DNA from: Vairimorpha necatrix
Lineage: Eukaryota
Direction: 5' to 3'
Assembly (NCBI GenBank): GCA_036630325.1
Contig: CP142726.1
Coordinates: 1,116,001 to 1,180,000, forward strand
Length of the DNA stretch: 64,000 nt
Part shown: positions 56,091-64,000 of the stretch, piece by piece
How positions within the stretch are numbered: the first letter of the stretch is position 1
How the letters are laid out: the number at the start of each line of letters is the position of its first letter
The notes under the pieces: model-generated
What the model saw: the letters and a program-made list of their open reading frames with translations, nothing else
Database searches by the model: none
Told to the model about the DNA's origin: nothing
Position numbers and translations under genes: made by a program

Positions 56091-56713
56091 TTTTATGGGT
56101 GAAAAAAAACAAAATAAAAAATGTTAAATTACAAAACAAATTACATTTTGTTTATCACTTTTTATGAGTTAATGATCATTTTAAATATTAATTTCGAAAT
56201 TGCTTGATTTGATTTTTTGCTCATGGAATAAAGCATTTATATATGTGCTAATTTCCAAACTCTTGTTCAAGTCTAGACAAGAGTTTCTTTTGTGTCAAAT
56301 AAATCATGTTTGGAAATTACTAATAAATATGTCATATTTTCAATAAGTTAAATGGCTTAAAAATCAAATTATGAAAAATATACTAATAAATAATACTTAC
56401 CTATTAAATTGTGACGTATAACTTGATTTAATAAATTTTGGTGTTTTTTAGTCATCGACTTGTATTTGGCTTTACATATTTGAAGCTTTAAAATGTTCTA
56501 CTTGTATTCTAAAGGCTTGTGCTTTAGACTTTGAAAAACTCTACTTTTTTGCGCTTAACCTTTTCCTAATTAATGTTATAATATAAATTGACGAATAATC
56601 TCGACATAAGAAGATGATACCTTACTAGAAATAACTTGTTATATTCGAAATTGCATTTAAAAATTTGATTAATGTCAAAAATATTCGATATTTTACAAAA
56701 ATTTTAAAATTTT

Positions 56714-57732
56714 GGCTAAAGTTAGCTTTAGCTGACAAAAATGCATATTGGGTTTTTTTTCTTTTTTTGCCCCTTTTTAAAAAAATGGAAGAAGGAAAAT
56801 GTTAAGGAAGGAACAAAAACAAAAATTAGAACAATAAATTTAATAATGCATCAAAAACAGAATTAGATGCATTTCTTCGAAGCATATACCTAAACAAATA
56901 AAGTTTGGCACCATTTGCAGACCTATTTCGATTAGGTATAGAATTTTTGAGTGATCTCCAATTACCTTCTATGGCATTGGTATGAACCCCAGTATTAGGA
57001 TCTCGAAAGTGTAATGAATGGTTGACCATGTTTGTTGTTTGAAATCATTACCCAAGGAACGGCAAGCCCTCCACATATCGCTGTATATAGTGCTTTCCGT
57101 GCTCACATATTTTAATAAAAGGTCTGTAAGTGTTTTTGTATCTCTTTTTTTAATATAAGTAATTATTATAGTTCGTTTTAAAGAACGCTCTATCATTCCA
57201 AAACACCAAAACCCTTTCACTAGTTTACCTCTATTATACTTATTTTTTCCTATTTTTGTTTCATCTATTTCTACTATAATATCTTCCCCGCCTATCTTTC
57301 CCAAAGATGATAAATATTTATCATAAATGTCTATTTCCTTTAATTTTTTAAAAATAAACGATATTGAAGGTTTTGAACAACATAAAATTTGGCTAATATA
57401 CTTACGAGGATAGCCTAGAATCCACAAATTAAGTACCTGTAAAATTTTGATATGATCAAGTCTCAAGTTTTTAAAGAATGTACCTTTCCACATAGAAACT
57501 GTCTTCTTACAGTCCTTCCAAGTACATTTTAACATAGGGCCCTGTTTACTAAGCAACCTCATTCTACCATTACACACTTTGCATAACTGATTCTTTTTTT
57601 TGTCAAATAAAATATTATAGACTGTTTCCATTTCTGCTCTGGTCATATTGTCTCCTCCATTTTTTTAAAAAGGGGCAAAAAAAAGAAAAAAAACCCAATA
57701 TGCATTTTTGTCAGCTAAAGCTAACTTTAGCC
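56714..57732 (-). mobile_element. Full-length Merlin DNA transposon (1019 bp) with ~80-bp TIRs and 8-bp flanking duplication AAAATTTT
   Basis: TIRs GGCTAAAGTTAGCTTTAGCTGACAAAAATGCATATTGGG...GCCCCTTTTTAAAAAAATGGA at both ends. AAAATTTT at 56706-56713 and 57733-57740. Transposase inside. Confidence 0.93.
56826..57660 (-). pseudogene. Merlin DDE transposase with two apparent 1-nt deletions
   Basis: Zn-ribbon CxxC..CxxxxC, VEIDETKIGKNKYNRG, IYSDMWR, VNHS.HFRDP.TGVHTNAIEGNW. Frameshifts near 57647 and ~57030 relative to copy 1. Confidence 0.85.
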
Positions 57733-58300
57733 AAAATTTTTAAGCTTTTTAAAATGATAAAACAATAAGAACACGTACAAACCACAGATCATTGCTTAAA
57801 AAATATCAGACAAAGGGTTGTTGGGCCTCTAAATACATACTCTAATTAAATAAATTGACCGTAGCCTAAGAGGTTATGATAAATTTTTTATAATCAAAAT
57901 TTATATTTGTAAGTTATCTCTTACATTTATTTTTTTCGTATCGTTTTTAGTCCTGATGCAGAATCAATCGTCGCAAACCAAATAATCAAGCACAACTTTT
58001 TTGAAAATAACGCGATAGTCAAAAAAATGAATTTAATACACAAAGAAGGACCTGGGCACATTGTCTACCCTTAGGACTAAACAAGCCGCCGCATTATAAA
58101 AAAATGCAATCTAAAGCTAAAAATATAGAGAAAACACATTATAAGCTAAAATAAACGAAAGGTTTACCCACTAGTTGCAGCAAAGTTTCCTACCATTTTC
58201 GCACACAGCCCATTGATTAAAATCTCTACTGTTTATAGAAAAAAAATTTCTTGTAGACGAAATGCGAAAGAGATCTCACTTGAAACAAGAATTATTAGCA

Positions 58301-58834
58301 TGTGCATTTTTATCCAACCAATACTGTGAGATTTTTAATAACTAAAAACTCATTTATATAACTTATCGACGCAGCAAGCTCCGTCGTATCCATTTAACTT
58401 CAGCTCGAGGAGAACATTTTTTCATCTATAGTATAAATCGCGTTTAGTGTGACCTACAGAAATATAAAACCTGGCATGGTTAGATAGCCCGAGGAGATAT
58501 CATTGTACTAACTCAAAGGTCCCCACAATCATCTGTATTGCTCACAAACACGGCTTTTGGCCGCTATGTCCCCGCCACTCATATTTGGACTGCGTTGACT
58601 AGTAGCCTTATATTATTTAAACCTCCGCGTCACTGGATCCTGTAGGATAAGGCGCATAAAACATCGGTTTTTAACTTCATCTAGTCTTTATGTTGAGTAT
58701 AGTAATTGCACCTCAGGGTATAACGCTCGGGATTTCTATGAACATTATGCACTTTACTTACATTATAACTACAATTATTTGGTCTTAAGGTACAGTTATC
58801 TACTAGAAATAATCCCATATGATTGGACGACACA
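58301..58834 (-). mobile_element. Dispersed ~530-bp TG..CA repeat, copy 3 (inverted orientation)
   Basis: Reverse complement starts TGTGTCGTCC and ends ATGCACA. Contains GACTAGATGAAGT, GATGATTGT, GACCTTTGAGTTAGTACAATGATATCTC and GATACGACGGAGCT. Confidence 0.7.
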
Positions 58835-59392
58835 TAAAAATAATTTAAAAAAGATCTAACAATTTTATTAGCAGAAATTAATTTGTGATTTTGGTTTTAA
58901 CAATCTAGTTTCAAATGTCCAAAACAAATACTTTGCCTGCTAGGCAACTATTTGCAAAATTATTATAAGTGTTTACCTATATTAAATTTTTTATCATTTT
59001 GCATATTATATATGTCGAAAGAGACAGTTTTAATACCCACTTCAATTTTGTAGCCATAGAATGCCTCGCTTACTGGATCAAATCTCTACGAATACTGTTA
59101 GATTAGAAAATATATAAATCATAGATTGTAGCAATATGTATAAAAACGAAGCAAATTCCTCATATAAAAACTAGGCCCATAATTGGGGCTATAGCGGACT
59201 GGATGTAGTGATAATATAAAAATGGCTTCATAAATACGCCATTTACTTATAAAATGGCTTCGAATTCTTATATATACTCTAGTTTCAAATAAAAAAAATC
59301 GTAATAGGTATAAATACTTGATTATATCTCCCCATTTATCATTTATTTAGAAAAAAAATACATAAAGTAAAAGTATATTTTTAAAATGACTA

Positions 59393-60765
59393 CAGGGTAC
59401 AGTAAAGTCGTGTATGATGGGGCTTAAATAATTATTTTCGAGTTTTTATTCGTGTAAAAACAATATATATATTCCCATGTTTGCATTTCTATATTCCCAT
59501 GTTTGCATTTCTATATTCCCATGTTTGCATTTCTATATTCCCCTGTTTGCATTTCTATATTCCCCTGTTTGCATTTCTATATTCACCAGTTTGCATTTCT
59601 ATATTCCCCCGTTTGCATTTCTATATTCCCCTGTTTGCATTGTATATTCCCATGTTCGCATTTCTATATTCCCCTTAATGGTAAGAAAAATAAGGAAAAC
59701 AATAACCAACGAATTAAAGAATATCGTTTTCGAATTGGCAAAAGATGAAAAACGATCCATAGCCTAAATATCGACTATGGTTGATTTACATCGTAAACCC
59801 GTTGCATCTATTATTCGAAACCAGCACAATCAACCTAAAAGGTCCATTCGGCAGTTTGATAAAAGTGAAATGCTTTCGAATACAGACCGGGCTGTCAAAA
59901 ACATAGTTGATTGTGCAAACGATATGACTTTACAGGAAATTTCTAATGAGTTAAATTTACGAAAAATTCAATTTGTCAAAATCTTCAATATCGAGTAAAC
60001 TCAAAAAACTCGGTATAACAAGAAAAAGGCTCAGTTTGATTCCTGTTGAACGTAACTCGTGGGACAAAATAAACCAAAAAAGTATTTATGCCCCGAAATT
60101 AGTAGGTACTCGGCCGAAAACCTAGTTTTTCTCGTTGAAACTGGGTTCAACGCTCATACTACGCGAAGTTACGGATATTCAGAAAAGAATACTAAAGCCT
60201 TTAAGAATGTGCCAGCAAATCGTGGATAAAATATAAGCTGTATGTGTGTAATTACTATAAATGGATTATTGACATTTGTGTATAAACGCGAAGCATATAA
60301 TTCCGAGAGTTTTATGAACTTTGTTGAAAATAAATTATCTATGTTCTTTAGGAATAATCCTGGTAAAGTTCTTATAATGGATAACGCCAGTTTTCATCAT
60401 TCGCGAAAAGTTTTACAAAAATTAAATAATCTAGGCATTAATCACAAATTTCTGCCTCCTTATTCACCACAACTAAATCCCATTGAAGAGTTTTTTTCAA
60501 TGCTCAAGGCAAGATTTTCATCATTTCATTCATCAGAAAGTCTAATTGAAACATATTTTGAACGTTTTGAGTTTAGATTATAACCGTGAGTGTCTGCGTT
60601 TTACAGAAATATGATAGGCTGGCTAGAAAAGGCAAGAGCAAAGAAGTTTTTATTTAATAAACATTTTTTATTATTATTAAAATTTTTTATTTTTATGGGA
60701 ATATAGAAATGCAAACAGGGGAATATAGAAATGCAAACATGGGAATATAGAAATGCAAAACCCTG
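59393..60765 (+). mobile_element. Tc1/IS630-like DD34E transposon, decayed, with repeat-built ends
   Basis: TA|CAGGGT ... ACCCTG|TA ends. 22-bp subterminal repeats (9 left, 3 inverted right). Transposase remnants from the ATG at 59678: VETG (first D lost), MDNASFH, FLPPYSPQLNPIEE, with 34 residues between D and E. Confidence 0.88.
59477..59673 (+). repeat. Nine tandem ~22-bp units (A/C)TGTTTGCATTTCTATATTCCC
   Basis: Head-to-tail with no spacers; three inverted copies at ~60696-60760. Confidence 0.95.
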
Positions 60766-61167
60766 TAATATTATTGATCTTTTTTTTTAGTTTTTAATGT
60801 ATAAATTTTTTGTAAAAACCTATTAATTTATACACGCCATTGATCAGTGATCTTTTCAAAATATTCCATAATTAAAGTCCATTGATTGGAGAACGGGGTA
60901 TTGCTATTAATATAAAGAAAAAAAGCAAAATATTATGAGTATACTACTCAACTAGATTTCATTCTATATTTATTATGTTTCTTTCGTAAAACAATAAATC
61001 CATAAATTTTTAGTTAATTAAATGGCGGCGTTCTAAATTTCTTCATGATGTTTTTTATTTTGTAAATCAAATTAATATACCTGATTATTTAGATATCAAT
61101 ATATAATTATAATTATATAAATCTCGTTCTTATTAATATTTGCATTTTAAATTTACCTCCCCCATAT

Positions 61168-62181
61168 ATGAGGTTAATACTTTATTTTTTATACTTGTTT
61201 TCGGCATTGGCTACTGTAAATCAAACAAATAATAATATGACTGATTCACTTAAAAATATTTTTAAATCTAATGACTCTGAACAGCATTGCAATGTTTTAA
61301 GAAATTTTGCAAGAAGAACTTTATTCCCATTAGATTCTATTCTTAAACTTGCTGAACTTATTTGGGATGTTGTCATTAATCATCCTATATTTAAAAGGAT
61401 AATTCAAAAAGACAATCTTACAACGATCTTTGAGACAAAGGCAGATATATTAAAATATGATTACGTAAATACTTTCTCGGGTCATTTTTATCAAAATTAT
61501 TTCTGGAATTCCGAGTCATTAACAGATCAAGAAGTGAGGTTTATTGATAAAATCGCATGGGAAACACGATCAATTTTGAGATCATTGAGGTTTTGTAATG
61601 GAGATGAAATTTTTAATTCGGAATCGACTAATAGTACGATTCAAAGGATAGTTAATGAAAATATTTGCTATAAATCTAACGGTATTGATAAGTTCCCTTA
61701 TATTTTTTATAAGAGATGTAAACATCTTTATAGTCATTTCGAGAGATGTTTACTGACAAAGAATAATAAAGTGGATTTTCTCGGAGACATTAAAAGAAAT
61801 CAAGTGGGTGTGATGAGTTCAGAATGTTCTGGAGATCAATACGATTTTAAGAAAATTAATATGTCCGTCCATCATGATCATTACAGTTTACTTAATATGA
61901 GCAATACTAAAATATCTTATGATTTTACTAATACGACCGATAATAGTATTGAAAATGGTACTAACATATATAGTTATGTTGCTAAACGAACGGTTTTAAG
62001 ATCAATTGGTGAATCTTTGTCTTCATCTACAAATACTAGTCCATTTATCGTCATTGATATGTTCTTATTTCTAGTAGTTATTTTCTTAGTATATATAATC
62101 TACAAAAAATACTATAAGAAAAAAATAAATTTGCTAAGAAACTCTACGAATGTGCCATCCACGAACGAAGAATCCGTATAA
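61168..62181 (+). CDS. Orphan type-I membrane protein, 337 aa
   Basis: CCCCC before the ATG; signal peptide MRLILYFLYLFSALA; many N-x-S/T sequons; TM helix (FIVIDMFLFLVVIFLVYIIY) followed by a basic stop-transfer segment. Confidence 0.82.
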   Translation: MRLILYFLYLFSALATVNQTNNNMTDSLKNIFKSNDSEQHCNVLRNFARRTLFPLDSILKLAELIWDVVINHPIFKRIIQKDNLTTIFETKADILKYDYVNTFSGHFYQNYFWNSESLTDQEVRFIDKIAWETRSILRSLRFCNGDEIFNSESTNSTIQRIVNENICYKSNGIDKFPYIFYKRCKHLYSHFERCLLTKNNKVDFLGDIKRNQVGVMSSECSGDQYDFKKINMSVHHDHYSLLNMSNTKISYDFTNTTDNSIENGTNIYSYVAKRTVLRSIGESLSSSTNTSPFIVIDMFLFLVVIFLVYIIYKKYYKKKINLLRNSTNVPSTNEESV

Positions 62182-64000
62182 AATTGGGTTAATTTACATG
62201 TAATAACATATAAAAAATTTCTATTGTAAAAAACAAGGATTTCATTTTTTTTAAAAAACACATTTGTAGCTTATACCTAAAACAAACTCATTTAAATCTA
62301 TATAAATAAGCATTTGTAACTCAATTTACAGAGACTAATACACAACAATGTTTAATAAAAAAACCAAGCGAAAATAAAACATAGAAGTAAGAACTTAAGT
62401 GAGGCATTAACATACAATAAACGTATGTTAAATCTGTATAAATAAGAACGGACGACTTAAAAAACAATGAGACATTTGATTTCATAAAAACTTAAAGAAG
62501 TTGTAAATAGACAAGGAGGTTTTGTTTTTTTGATGTATACAGTGTGTTGCGTCAAAAATACCATAAGCTCAGCGACCCGAGGATTGTAATTAGTTTAATG
62601 CATGTTTTTGACCAAAACAATTTTATAAGCAACACGAGACAGATAAAACCCAAATAATTTTTTAGTGGATTGTAGAGCTTTAAACAACTTGTAAATACGG
62701 AAAACAAATCTGTCATTAAATATGAGAGCAATCAAAGAAGAAAAAAAAAGTAAATGGCGTAAACGCCGAAGAATATAGAGAACCGACGTTTCCTGGGGAC
62801 AAAATGTAATATAAGAGAAAATCAATAAAAACAAAATGACCTTTTTACCATAATAGTACGGCTTAATTTTTTATTTGTGAATAGTAATATTTTGTTAGAT
62901 TGGGAACTTTTTAAGACAAATAAAAATACATTTATTAAATATTTTTACCATATCATAGATTAATCAAAAATTTTGAAATTTTACAAAATTTAAAAAAATT
63001 AAAAAAATAAAAGTATAATACGTATCTTACATTGGGTAAAAAAATGAGTATTGTTGTAAACTTTCTAATTCCATTTCTATAAAAAATTACTTTATAGAGT
63101 ATGGTAGATTTTTGATGAGGTTTCACCAAAATACTTTTTTTCAAAAAAAAAAATATGAGTAATTATTCATAATAAGTTTATCGTATGTGTTCTGTCAATA
63201 CACTTGAAGCTCTAAATTTTTTTCATAGTTATTGTAGATAAATACTTAAACAAATTTTCGGTTTTTTCAGGTTTTCGTGATAAAACATAGATATAATTGT
63301 TTTAAATACATTTAAAATCGAGTTTTTTCATATATCAGTTTTAAAAAATCAATGATGTGAGTAGTTCTTACAAATATAGTACAACTGCCTTAATAAATAT
63401 TTTGGCAGTTGGTTTTTAATCTGATTTAGTAGTTGAAAGTATTGTCCCGTTTTTAATCGGATTTAAACAAGTGTAAAATTATCTCTTTCGAGCATATTGT
63501 TTTTATATCATATACCTTGCCAAGTACGGTTGGATTTTTATATGGAATATCATTTTACACTACAAATACAAAAAAAAAGTATTATAAAAATGGTCTATTT
63601 TTTCGCATAATATATTTTGAATATGTCAATAATATTCTGAAGGTATTTCATGCTCTTAAATTTTTTCTTTCTTAAAAAATTTCATACATGAACATATATA
63701 TGTTATTTAGATCGTAATTGATGTTATTTGTATAGAAAACAATTATTTACTAAATTACGATCTTTTACAGGATTTTTACTTTTGTAAATTTCATTGTTTT
63801 TTTTCGTAGTATCTTTTTATAAAATTTGACTATAAATGTCGAGAAACAACAAAAAGTCCGTTACACCAAATCACGAGTAATCGGAAAAGACTTTTTTAAT
63901 AGGCTAACCACTATCATTTTAAAAATTCTATTATGGAGGGTCTCTACACAAAGACCATATTAGCCACAAATAAAAAACAAAGCAGATTTAGGATAAAATA

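Noticed and set aside
59477-59673. CRISPR-like array
   Set aside because: Units are head-to-tail with no unique spacers, recur inverted at the other end of a transposon, and the DNA is eukaryotic with no cas genes.
59477-59767. Three overlapping hydrophobic ORFs (MFAFLYS..., MHFYIP...)
   Set aside because: Artefacts of a stop-free 22-bp repeat; only the part from the ATG at 59678 is transposase.

Overview
Very AT-rich, gene-dense eukaryotic DNA with no introns I could support. It is best explained as a microsporidian chromosome segment (Nosema/Vairimorpha-like): short divergent fungal-type proteins, a mitosomal-type Hsp70, a polysaccharide deacetylase, and CCC/GGG motifs just before start codons. 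Compact blocks of core genes (CHL1, SSF1-like, ArfGAP, mtHsp70, NC2beta, RPS20, ECT1, EXO1, EAF6, BolA, PIG-A, CTP synthase, kinesin-13, NOP7, PLD, UTP15, CDC27, GNA1, ORM, EFL1, IleRS) alternate with gene-poor islands. The islands hold decayed mobile DNA (two Merlin transposons, a Tc1/IS630-like DD34E element, an R4/Dong-like non-LTR fragment, three diverged ~530-bp TG..CA elements) and orphan secreted-protein genes. Reading the intergenic DNA revealed two RNA genes absent from the ORF track: a ~154-nt minimal RNase MRP RNA (25741-25894) and a ~60-nt box C/D snoRNA (7339-7398) whose guide matches the LSU peptidyl-transferase centre (snR38-like). Also notable are a divergent gene pair separated by 12 nt, recurrent candidate promoter motifs, and divergent Dsl1/ZW10-, Ask1- and Rrp6-like proteins. 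All calls are by-eye; no database searches were run.
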